A stretch of DNA of 64,000 nucleotides from a candidate division FCPU426 bacterium. GTDB lineage: Bacteria; Oederibacteriota; Muellerivitia; Muellerivitales; Muellerivitaceae. Below, piece by piece: positions 41,641 to 51,526 of the stretch. The position numbers and the translations under genes were made by a program. The notes under the pieces were generated by a model. The model made no database searches, had not been told where the DNA came from, and was given only the letters and a program-made list of their open reading frames with translations. The stretch lies in the NCBI GenBank assembly GCA_963796105.1, contig CAWCKJ010000002.1, positions 320,001 to 384,000 of the forward strand. The letters are read 5' to 3'. Position 1 is the stretch's first letter. Every line of letters begins with the position of its first letter.

Positions 41641-42270
41641 GTGGACATGCCTTTTTCCGAGGAAGAAATCGTACTTATTTCAGCCCTCAACCAGTATGTA
41701 TTCTGCCCCCGACGGTGCGCTTTGATCCATGTGGAGGGGGCATTCGTACAGAATTACCATACGCTCCAGGGAACCTTGGAACATGGGGATGCGGATGTGC
41801 CGGGTTACGAGATCCGCAACGGAGCGCGGGTGGTACGGGCGCTTCCGTTAAGCTCCATGAAGTACGGCCTTAGCGGCAAGGCGGATTGGGTGGAATTCCG
41901 TGATAGCGTTCCATACCCGGTTGAAATGAAACATGGGGCCAGGCGGGCCTGGGAAAACGACGATGTCCAATTGTGCGCCCAGGCCCTGTGCCTGGAGGAG
42001 TCATTGGGCGTTGCCTGCCCGATGGGGGCCATTTATCACGTAGCATCCCGCAGGCGCAGGGAAGTGGACTTCGACGAAAATCTACGGGATATGACCGTGG
42101 AAACAGTTGGGAAGGTAAGGCAAATGCTTGCGTCCCTTGCCGTGCCGCCCGCCCAATTATTACCGCACTGCGACGGATGTTCCCTTCATGGTGCCTGTCT
42201 GCCGGAGTTGTCCGGGAACAGGCTGGAGATAGCCGCGAAAAAACTTTTCAAGCCCCTGCCATGGACATAA
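41641..42270 (+). CDS. cas4: Cas4
   Basis: ISALNQYVFCPRR, GKADWVE, PVEMKHG, QLCAQALCLEE, CDGCSL..AC. Confidence 0.95.
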   Translation: MDMPFSEEEIVLISALNQYVFCPRRCALIHVEGAFVQNYHTLQGTLEHGDADVPGYEIRNGARVVRALPLSSMKYGLSGKADWVEFRDSVPYPVEMKHGARRAWENDDVQLCAQALCLEESLGVACPMGAIYHVASRRRREVDFDENLRDMTVETVGKVRQMLASLAVPPAQLLPHCDGCSLHGACLPELSGNRLEIAAKKLFKPLPWT

Positions 42271-43292
42271 TCCTGAACACGCTTTATCTCATGACGGAGG
42301 GCGCATACCTCCACCGGGACGGCTTGGCCTTGAAAGTGGAGGTGGAAAAAGAGGAGAGATTAAGGGTACCGGTGCATCACCTGGAATCCGTGGTGGCCAT
42401 GGAGCAGGTCATGGTGAGCCCCTCGGCCATGGGGTTGCTGGCGGAGAACGGTGTTTCACTGACTTTCCTCAGCTACTCGGGCCGGCTGTTGGCGCGGGTG
42501 GACGCTCCCGTCTCGGGGAACGTGGTCCTGCGGCGCAAGCAATTCCGGGCGGCAGATGACTCCGCCAAGTGCCTGGCCTTGGCCAAATCATTCACGGCGG
42601 GGAAACTGCAAAACGCCCGGAACACCCTTTTGCGGGCGGCCCGGGACATTGAGAAGGGGCCGGATTCGGAGGCGTTGGATCAGGCGGCCCGGGATTTAGC
42701 GGACAGTCTGCGGGCTTTGGAACGGGTGGAAAGCCTGGAGGAAGTCAGGGGCCATGAGGGCTCCGCGGCCAGGGCCTATTTCGGTGTTTTCGACCGCCTG
42801 TTCAGCCAACAGAAGCTGGATTTCGTTATGGACGGAAGGAACAGAAGACCGCCTAAGGACCCGGTGAACGCCCTGCTTTCATTCCTTTACGCCCTCCTGC
42901 TTCATGACTGCGTGGCGGCTTTAAGTGCCACGGGATTGGACCCCAATGTGGGTTTCCTTCACGGGGATAGGCCGGGGAAACCGAGCCTAGCACTGGACAT
43001 GATGGAGGAATTTCGGACCCTTTTGGCGGACCGGCTGGTGCTGGCCATGGTCAACCGCAAGCAAGTGGCCGCCAAGGGGTTCGAGAAAAGGGAAGGGGGC
43101 GGGGTGGAGATGGACAACGGAACGCGAAAAGCCGTGGTGGCCGCGTGGCAGGAGCGGAAAAAGGAAGAAGTTACGCATCCCCTGCTGGACCAAAAGTGCC
43201 GGATCGGACAGTTGCCTTACCTCCAAGCCAAATTATTGGCCAGGGTTATCCGTGGCGACGATCCCGTTTACATACCCTGCGTTTTGAGGTGA
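42261..43292 (+). CDS. cas1: Cas1, type I-C
   Basis: LNTLYL, SGNVVLRRKQF, RGHEGSAARAYF, RNRRPPKDPVNALLSFLY, LDMMEEFR. Confidence 0.96.
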   Translation: MDIILNTLYLMTEGAYLHRDGLALKVEVEKEERLRVPVHHLESVVAMEQVMVSPSAMGLLAENGVSLTFLSYSGRLLARVDAPVSGNVVLRRKQFRAADDSAKCLALAKSFTAGKLQNARNTLLRAARDIEKGPDSEALDQAARDLADSLRALERVESLEEVRGHEGSAARAYFGVFDRLFSQQKLDFVMDGRNRRPPKDPVNALLSFLYALLLHDCVAALSATGLDPNVGFLHGDRPGKPSLALDMMEEFRTLLADRLVLAMVNRKQVAAKGFEKREGGGVEMDNGTRKAVVAAWQERKKEEVTHPLLDQKCRIGQLPYLQAKLLARVIRGDDPVYIPCVLR

Positions 43293-43298
43293 GGACCG

Positions 43299-43589
43299 AT
43301 GCTGGTGATCGTCGCATATGATGTGAACACTCTGGATAAACCGGGGAGGAAGCGGTTGCGGAAGATAGCCCAAGCTTGCAAGAACTACGGTCAGCGGGTT
43401 CAGAGGTCGGTGTGGGAATGTGTGGTGACCAAGGACCAATGGGTCATGCTGAGGGCGGCGTTGATGAGGATCATCAACAAGGACGAGGACAGCTTGCGGA
43501 TTTATTTTTTGGATGAAGAGGCCAAGGCCAAGACAGAGCATCATGGGATAGCGAAACCGCCCGATTTGGAGGAGCCGTTGCTGGTTTAG
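43299..43589 (+). CDS. cas2: Cas2
   Basis: VAYDV, GQRVQRSVWEC, DSLRIY. Confidence 0.96.
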   Translation: MLVIVAYDVNTLDKPGRKRLRKIAQACKNYGQRVQRSVWECVVTKDQWVMLRAALMRIINKDEDSLRIYFLDEEAKAKTEHHGIAKPPDLEEPLLV

Positions 43590-43775
43590 CGCCCAAGCGC
43601 CGACCCCAAGTGGGGACGGAACCGGGGTGGGTGTGCGATTTGAAATTTTGGCCTGAATTTTAAGGGTTTAGAGGAGGTGTTATGAGCGGAAAGGGTGGTA
43701 TCTACCCGCCGCATTTTCTGGGTATGCGCCGTAAGGCCCTAAAAGCCTTAATTGCCCAGGAGATTATGAGGCACA
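43590..43775 (+). promoter_or_regulatory. CRISPR leader
   Basis: Non-coding interval between cas2 and the first repeat. Confidence 0.7.
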
Positions 43776-46700
43776 GTTCCCCCGGCTGAGGAAGCCGGGG
43801 GCGGATTGAAACTATTTGGTATGCGTTCAATTCACCTATTAAATTGTTCCCCCGGCTGAGGAAGCCGGGGGCGGATTGAAACGTTCTTGGAGAAGCGGTT
43901 CGCGCTGATGTTGCTGGGTTCCCCCGGCTGAGGAAGCCGGGGGCGGATTGAAACCAAATGCAGTGCGGTTCCTATCAGCCCCAGGAGTTCCCCCGGCTGA
44001 GGAAGCCGGGGGCGGATTGAAACTAAAATCAAAAGGTAGGTGGATACGCCTTAAACCTCAAGTTCCCCCGGCTGAGGAAGCCGGGGGCGGATTGAAACCA
44101 TAATCCTGTCCTTGATTGTCGCTACGGGGGGCAGTTCCCCCGGCTGAGGAAGCCGGGGGCGGATTGAAACCAGTATTTGTAGAAGTTGCGTTGATTGGCT
44201 GAAGTTCCCCCGGCTGAGGAAGCCGGGGGCGGATTGAAACACGGTGAGAACATCGTTGGGGACATTGGAATAAAGTTCCCCCGGCTGAGGAAGCCGGGGG
44301 CGGATTGAAACCTTTAACAAATCAGGGTTAGGCATTTCATCCCTTAGTTCCCCCGGCTGAGGAAGCCGGGGGCGGATTGAAACTCTGGTGCTGTGGATTA
44401 TCACACTGCTTTGAAGTTCCCCCGGCTGAGGAAGCCGGGGGCGGATTGAAACTAAAACAGGGCATTACAGCCTCACACCACCCCGCAGTTCCCCCGGCTG
44501 AGGAAGCCGGGGGCGGATTGAAACATACAAAACGTTCCCGGCCGTGACCGGGTTGTATGTTCCCCCGGCTGAGGAAGCCGGGGGCGGATTGAAACTGACT
44601 ATGGCCATGTTGAACACAATCCAGGTTCAGGTTCCCCCGGCTGAGGAAGCCGGGGGCGGATTGAAACTCATCTGTCCCGAACAAAATCCCGAAATCTCCA
44701 AGTTCCCCCGGCTGAGGAAGCCGGGGGCGGATTGAAACATGGTCACGACATCATTTCCAACCGAAGAAGAAAGTTCCCCCGGCTGAGGAAGCCGGGGGCG
44801 GATTGAAACTCACCCTACGCTTCTTGATAAATTCAAGTTTGCGGGTTCCCCCGGCTGAGGAAGCCGGGGGCGGATTGAAACGTCTGCTCTGAAGAACCTT
44901 TAAATTTAGGTTTAGGTTCCCCCGGCTGAGGAAGCCGGGGGCGGATTGAAACTAGTTGTTCTTTTCGTCCAGGGTAGTCTCTCTCCGTTCCCCCGGCTGA
45001 GGAAGCCGGGGGCGGATTGAAACACGCAGACCCCCACTAATATTGCCGTCGACCAAGGGTTCCCCCGGCTGAGGAAGCCGGGGGCGGATTGAAACCGTAT
45101 AATCCTCCCATATGTAAAGGCTTACTTATGGTTCCCCCGGCTGAGGAAGCCGGGGGCGGATTGAAACCATACAATTGGAACCGTCCATCAATGGAGGAAA
45201 TGTTCCCCCGGCTGAGGAAGCCGGGGGCGGATTGAAACGCGAAATACGTTTCTTCATATATTACGAAAAAGTTCCCCCGGCTGAGGAAGCCGGGGGCGGA
45301 TTGAAACAGCCATTTGACGTTGTTTTTGAGGATAGCTAACTGTTCCCCCGGCTGAGGAAGCCGGGGGCGGATTGAAACATCGAAGGACCTGAATATCAAT
45401 TAAGAAGAAAGTGTTCCCCCGGCTGAGGAAGCCGGGGGCGGATTGAAACACTGCGGGAGTTTCGTTTTTCGGGTTCGCTCCCGTTCCCCCGGCTGAGGAA
45501 GCCGGGGGCGGATTGAAACATGCTGGTGGCGCAGCTATGAGTGGGGCTTTGCAAAGTTCCCCCGGCTGAGGAAGCCGGGGGCGGATTGAAACGTTTCGGA
45601 ACGGTTATTTGCGTCCGAACTCGTATGTTCCCCCGGCTGAGGAAGCCGGGGGCGGATTGAAACTCATTGGCGCAAGCGGGTGTAAGCAAAATATTACATG
45701 TTCCCCCGGCTGAGGAAGCCGGGGGCGGATTGAAACTTGGCTCATGGAATGATGTAAATGGTGTTGTCTGCGTTCCCCCGGCTGAGGAAGCCGGGGGCGG
45801 ATTGAAACATTAGATACCCCGGATGAATTGGTATTTACAACAGTTCCCCCGGCTGAGGAAGCCGGGGGCGGATTGAAACCTCAGCTGGCCGGTTCATTGA
45901 TTCAACAAATGAGGTTCCCCCGGCTGAGGAAGCCGGGGGCGGATTGAAACTGGTCACATGCATTCGAAAAATACATTATCAGGGTGTTCCCCCGGCTGAG
46001 GAAGCCGGGGGCGGATTGAAACAATGGTCCCGGCGGTCACGGTATGATCATTACATGTTCCCCCGGCTGAGGAAGCCGGGGGCGGATTGAAACACGTTGG
46101 AGGAGTCGGAAACGTACTTTTTGAACGTTCCCCCGGCTGAGGAAGCCGGGGGCGGATTGAAACGCGTAAGAAATTTCCTCAAGCGAAGCAAAATGCCAAA
46201 GTTCCCCCGGCTGAGGAAGCCGGGGGCGGATTGAAACGTATTATTTGATCTGGTTTGCGGTACTCGGTACTGTTCCCCCGGCTGAGGAAGCCGGGGGCGG
46301 ATTGAAACGTGATAGCAATCATCAAGTTCGTTGCGAGCAAATAGTTCCCCCGGCTGAGGAAGCCGGGGGCGGATTGAAACATTTTTTTCGGTGTGGAATT
46401 TAATTTCCTGCCACCAAGTTCCCCCGGCTGAGGAAGCCGGGGGCGGATTGAAACTTCGTTTTGAACGATAGCAACAATCAAGGCTGAAAGGTTCCCCCGG
46501 CTGAGGAAGCCGGGGGCGGATTGAAACCGTATGCGGCGGCGGTCCCTACCATCATTCCCCAAAGTTCCCCCGGCTGAGGAAGCCGGGGGCGGATTGAAAC
46601 ACGTTGGGAATGTTTGTTTACACCGGCGACTCAGGAGTTCCCCCGGCTGAGGAAGCCGGGGGCGGATTGAAACTCCATACCCCCTAAGATACGCATAATC

Positions 46701-47105
46701 TATTCCAGTTCCCCCGGCTGAGGAAGCCGGGGGCGGATTGAAACTTCTATGAATGCTGCTGCCAAAGTTGGTAGTGCTAGTTCCCCCGGCTGAGGAAGCC
46801 GGGGGCGGATTGAAACATTTTCGCATACTGCTGGTTCAGGACATATGCACGTTCCCCCGGCTGAGGAAGCCGGGGGCGGATTGAAACTAGCGTGAAGGAA
46901 GTAAAGGAAGTAAATAAAATAAAAGTTCCCCCGGCTGAGGAAGCCGGGGGCGGATTGAAACACGGTGTTCTTGTTTTTTTTCATGGCTCGCATTTGTTCC
47001 CCCGGCTGAGGAAGCCGGGGGCGGATTGAAACGCGAAACTAGCCCGGTTTGAATTGATCCTTTACCTCGTTCCCCCGGCTGAGGAAGCCGGGGGCGGATT
47101 GAAAC
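43776..47105 (+). CRISPR. CRISPR array: 47 repeats of 37 bp and 46 spacers of about 32-38 bp (hand count)
   Basis: Repeat GTTCCCCCGGCTGAGGAAGCCGGGGGCGGATTGAAAC with hairpin CCCCCGGCT/AGCCGGGGG and an ATTGAAAC end. Confidence 0.99.
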
Positions 47106-47159
47106 TATTGGAACAGGAGTAAAAACAATGGGGTCTGGCCACACGCTCCGCAGCGTGTG

Positions 47160-47458
47160 GCAGTGATCATTCGTCACTTTAGGCTATTGAGCCATTTTCC
47201 AATCAACGCCCACATTTGAACTTTCCGCATACCAATTGCATTCCAATTGGTCGGGTAATTCGCCCGACACCACAAATGGTTTATGGAAAGCTATTCGAGG
47301 AAATCAGGGGTCAGGCACCAAGCCCCTAGCTTGGTGCAGTGACCATTCATCACTTTAGGTACTTGAGAAATATCCCTGCTTTATCCCGCGATACCAATTG
47401 TTTTAAATTGGTCGGGTAATTCGCCCGACACCACAAATGGTTTATGGAAAGCTATTCG
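47160..47458. repeat. Imperfect tandem duplication with an identical 53-bp core
   Basis: AATTGGTCGGGTAATTCGCCCGACACC...GCTATTCG at 47245-47297 and 47406-47458. Confidence 0.85.
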
Positions 47459-47718
47459 TAAGGCCATTTGCAAGCCATTACCAACCGTCACCAATCAACT
47501 TGTACCAACTGCTTATGGCAGTTGGTACAACCAAATCTTGCCGTTCGCCGTGTGTGCTCACGGCAGGTGTGGTTGATTGGTGGGTAAATCCCCTCTGAAG
47601 TTCAGCCAGATATAGTAAAGCCGACCAAAAGAACCACTCGGCTTGACTGATCAAATCCCGTTTTTATTTTCCCCAGGACGACCCAAGAACAGCAATTTTG
47701 AATGCTAAATTTTGAATT

Positions 47719-48019
47719 ATGTGCAAATTCACATTTATATTCCCGGCCCATGGGCGGTTAATTGAATGAAATTTGTACTATACCAGCCTCTCAATTAGCT
47801 TTATGGAAGGCTGGCATGAATTGTGGTGGGCTCTACATTCGCGGTCTCATTCGAACCACTGGGGTTATTGGCAACTACCGAAACAACTAACAATGGCGCA
47901 TCGGTATTATGAATGATGTGCAAATTCACATTTATATTCCCGGCCCATGGCCGGTTAATTGAATGAAATTTGTACTATACCAGCCTCCCCATTAGATTTA
48001 TGGAAGGCTGGCATGAATT
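47719..48019. repeat. Two near-identical 104-bp direct repeats
   Basis: 47719-47822 and 47916-48019, about 4 mismatches. Confidence 0.85.
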
Positions 48020-48290
48020 ATTCGGTCTTTGATTTATCGGGTGGTAATAGCAGGCGTGGCGGCGGGTTAAGAAAGCTTTTTATGAGTATCTGCAGGTCAC
48101 ATTCCAGGGCCTGGGCAATCCGGTAAAGAGTGGTGATTTGATAATCCATCGCCCCCTTTTCCCATTTCTGCAACATGCGGAAGGTTACATTCAGGTCCCC
48201 ACTAAGTTGTTCCTGGGTCAGTCCCTTTTTCAGCCTTAATTCCCGGATTGTTTGCCCGATTTCTTTAAGCGCCGCTTTCTTATTCAACAT
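48018..48290 (-). CDS. XRE-family HTH regulator
   Basis: IGQTIRELRLKKGLTQEQLS...QKWEKG...LYRIAQALEC. Confidence 0.88.
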   Translation of the reverse strand: MLNKKAALKEIGQTIRELRLKKGLTQEQLSGDLNVTFRMLQKWEKGAMDYQITTLYRIAQALECDLQILIKSFLNPPPRLLLPPDKSKTE

Positions 48291-48416
48291 TCCGCAATTT
48301 TGCTTTAAATGCGCGACCCAGACCACGACCTATGGGTCGTGTCAAAATCGCCCGGTTTATTGTGTAATTCCCCTTGGGTATTCCTGGAGCCCCTCGTATC
48401 TCAGAGAGTGGTAGGG

Positions 48417-49035
48417 GGCCTGGAACCACGACACGCAGGAATCCTGGAACTCCTGGAACCGGCCTGGAACCACGACACCCGGGAAACCTTGAACTCCTGG
48501 AACCGGCCTGGAACCACGACACCCGGGAATCCTGGAACTCTGGAACTCCTGGAACCGGCCTGGAACCACGACACCCGGGAAACCTGGAACTCTGGAACTC
48601 CTGGAACTGGCCTGGAACCACGACACCCGGGAAACCTGGAACTCTGGAACTCCTGGAACCGGCCTGGAACCATGACACCCGGGAAACCTGGAACTCTGGA
48701 ACTCCTGGAACCGGCCTGGAACCACGACACCCGGGAAACCTGGAACTCTGGAACTCCTGGAACTGGCCTGGAACCACGACACCCGGGAAACCTGGAACTC
48801 TGGAACTCCTGGAACCGGCCTGGAACCATGACACCCGGGAAACCTGGAACTCTGGAACTCCTGGAACCGGCCTGGAACCACGACACCCGGGAAACCTGGA
48901 ACTCTGGAACTCCTGGAACCGGCCTGGAACCATGACACCCGGGAAACCTGGAACTCTGGAACTCCTGGAACCGGCCTGGAACCACGACACCCGGGAATCC
49001 TGGAACTCTGGAACTCCTGGAACTGGCCTGGAACC
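48417..49035. repeat. Tandem array: two 44-bp units, ten 52-bp units and a partial unit
   Basis: Unit GGCCTGGAACCACGACACCCGGGAAACCTGGAACTCTGGAACTCCTGGAACC, with four TGGAAC per typical unit. Confidence 0.95.
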
Positions 49036-49086
49036 GTAGAAAACAGGGGATATTGGCTGACTCAAGAACAAATGAAGGGGTTTTAT

Positions 49087-51105
49087 ATGGCTCAAGGATT
49101 ATCTGAAGTTTTGGAATGGTTGGGTCAAGTTGAGGTTATTAAAAACCAATTACAAAAGGATCCCCAATCCCCCAGGGCAATCCTGATGCAAACCCTCAAT
49201 GTTAAAAAAGGCCGTTTAAGTTATCTTTATAAGATAAACGCTTGTTTCGACCAACAGGCCTTAAATCGGGTCCGCCAAGCGGCCCAATCCACCCCTCCCG
49301 CCTTCGTCCCTTTCGGAAACGCCCGGGCCTTGGCTGTCTTGGGCGACAAGATCCCCAAACCTTATGAACCGGTCCATGAGGCGTTGGAAGTTGTTATTTC
49401 AAATCAACTCACTCTCCCGCAAATTGAAGCCCTGGTGGATCATATCGCCAGCGGCAAGCCAGCCAAGGATTTCGTTCCCAACCAGGCCAAAACGGATTCG
49501 ACTCCAGTTGGTCGCTCACCGCTAACGGATTCAACAACCCAACCTCAAGTGGTTTCGACAGAGCCTGTAGAAGATACGAATCCAGGAAATGACGCTGAGG
49601 ATTTCTTCGGTTTGAGCGGGCCTAATGTCCCGCCGAGGATCAACGAAATCAGGTCCAAGGTGAAGGCGGGCCAAAGGGTCGGCGTCAAGGATGGAATGCA
49701 TCTGGTCTCCCACATGCTCGCCAGCGGAATCATTAAATTCCTGGGTGGTTTTACGGGGATCAGCCATAAGGATTTGGAATCCCAAAACCTGGGTAAGAAA
49801 ACCCGCAAGGGCCTTTTCTGGCTGATCAAGCGCGCCTGGTGGCTTTTGAGATGGCTTTTCAAGCATGTCTGGCATTTACTCATGGCCGTCATTAAGGAAC
49901 CCTTCAAATTGATTTGGGTCCTCATCGGGGGGTACGTTAAAAGCGGGTTGGGCTTAGCCCTGCTCCTCGTCCTCATTTACGGGATTTACCTTTACCGCCA
50001 TGACCGCAAGGAATTCTGGTCCGATGTCGATGTCATAAAAAACTGGTCCCTCCAAACAGCGGAAAAGCAAATTAAAAATGAAAAATGGACAATGAAGAAT
50101 GAAAAATCAAAAACACCCACCATCACTGCCACAGTTCAAAACAGCAATGAAAAATTAACAACTCCCACTATCACTTCAGCAGTTCAGATTCAGAATCCCG
50201 CCAAACCCGAATCGGATCAAGAAATTGTACATTCTCCATTATCCATTATTCATTCCGCCGCCCCCGGCGAACTAGCAAAACCCAAATCGCATCCAGGCAT
50301 TGTTCATTCTCCATTGTCCATTATCCATTCCGCCGCCGGCGGGTTTGCGAAGCCATGGAAAGCCGAGGATGAGGATTATGATTTTTTATCCGAGGAAATT
50401 TATCCCATCCCGGAATCTTGCGTGATCAAGAGCCTCAAACCCGCGCTTGCCGGGGATATAAGCGGGAAAAAGGCTGAAAGTTATTTGGCCGATCTCCAGG
50501 ACGCCGGCAAGTATTCCATGTGGCTGGGGAAAGAGAAGATGTCGGTCCTGAAAGTGGAACTTGTCCCTAACGGCGTCATCCTGCATACGCAGGACCCACA
50601 GGAATCAGGATTGAAGGTGAGTTTTGATTGGGTGGAATTGACGGCCATCCATTGCGATAAGCTCCAGGTTTTTCCCCCAGGGGACATTCCGGGCCAAACG
50701 ATCTATCAATGCGGCTTGGTTATTCCTCCTTTCAAGAAAGCCATCACCATCGAATGCTCATCTGTGGAGAATTTAAGGCGCCTTTTATCAGCCCTGGAAT
50801 ATTGGATCAAGTCCGCGAAGGGCGGTGAGAAGGCCCCAATAACGGGATTGCCTTATCTTCACCAAGGCGTGCTGTTTACCGAAAAAAGCGGGGCGGCTGT
50901 GCTGTGGGTAGGAAGCCCGGTGGAAAAAGCGGGTTTGAGGCTGGGGGACGTGGTTTGGAGCCTGGATAAAGCCAATAGCTCCAAGATGAAAAGTTTCGAT
51001 TTGGAGAAAGCGTTGAACAAGCTTACGGCGGGAAAACACGATCTTGATGTCCTGCCGGGCGGGAAGGAGGGACCAAGGAAAAAAATTGAAATGTTAGTTC
51101 AGTGA
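49087..51105 (+). CDS. Membrane protein with an N-terminal ParB/Spo0J-like HTH region and a C-terminal PDZ domain
   Basis: PFGNARALAVL...VISNQLTLPQIEALV resembles Spo0J GHARALL...LSVRE.E.LV; central Trp-rich and hydrophobic helices; GSPVEKAGLRLGDVV is a PDZ signature. Confidence 0.6.
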   Translation: MAQGLSEVLEWLGQVEVIKNQLQKDPQSPRAILMQTLNVKKGRLSYLYKINACFDQQALNRVRQAAQSTPPAFVPFGNARALAVLGDKIPKPYEPVHEALEVVISNQLTLPQIEALVDHIASGKPAKDFVPNQAKTDSTPVGRSPLTDSTTQPQVVSTEPVEDTNPGNDAEDFFGLSGPNVPPRINEIRSKVKAGQRVGVKDGMHLVSHMLASGIIKFLGGFTGISHKDLESQNLGKKTRKGLFWLIKRAWWLLRWLFKHVWHLLMAVIKEPFKLIWVLIGGYVKSGLGLALLLVLIYGIYLYRHDRKEFWSDVDVIKNWSLQTAEKQIKNEKWTMKNEKSKTPTITATVQNSNEKLTTPTITSAVQIQNPAKPESDQEIVHSPLSIIHSAAPGELAKPKSHPGIVHSPLSIIHSAAGGFAKPWKAEDEDYDFLSEEIYPIPESCVIKSLKPALAGDISGKKAESYLADLQDAGKYSMWLGKEKMSVLKVELVPNGVILHTQDPQESGLKVSFDWVELTAIHCDKLQVFPPGDIPGQTIYQCGLVIPPFKKAITIECSSVENLRRLLSALEYWIKSAKGGEKAPITGLPYLHQGVLFTEKSGAAVLWVGSPVEKAGLRLGDVVWSLDKANSSKMKSFDLEKALNKLTAGKHDLDVLPGGKEGPRKKIEMLVQ

Positions 51106-51191
51106 AAAGCTGGTTAGCTGGGATTCAGGAAAAAATACTATTCACCACAGTTGTGCTTCGCACAGCACATGCCGACCTTCCTATTGAGAAA

Positions 51192-51468
51192 TTAAAGGGG
51201 TCGGTATCGTACCAATCTCAATTTAACTTTTATGGAAGATTGGCACAGAGACTCAGTTAAAGCTTTGATCGTGACAAGAGCTTTGCTCTTGCGCCCTGCG
51301 GGCTTTATGGCGCATCCAAAGGCCTCGGAAAAATAGATTTTCCCGGAGGCCGTCGGCTGTGCCATAGAACACGATCTGAAAAAATTCACCCTTTGCTATG
51401 TAGTAGCTGGGTCTCTGAGTCTCTGGGGTAAATCGGTTTATCCCATGTATCCCATGCATCCGTGGCAA
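51192..51468 (-). repeat. Dispersed structured non-coding element, copy A (core 51267-51376)
   Basis: Inverted homologue of 59276-59562 with multiple hairpins. Confidence 0.75.
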
Positions 51469-51526
51469 AAGCCGTAGCTGGTTCTTTTCTTTAGCGGTTA
51501 AAAATTATGCTTCAGGAGGATGTGTT

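Noticed and set aside
43813..47068. Self-targeting spacers within this window
   Set aside because: None noticed by eye, but this was not an exhaustive search and needs BLAST.
43832..47177. ORFs across the CRISPR array
   Set aside because: Translations of repeats and spacers, not genes.
48417..49035. Second CRISPR array
   Set aside because: Units are near-identical end to end, with no unique spacers.
48280..49095. Five overlapping repetitive ORFs
   Set aside because: They arise from a stop-free 52-bp tandem repeat, with no RBS or protein-level signal favouring any one frame.
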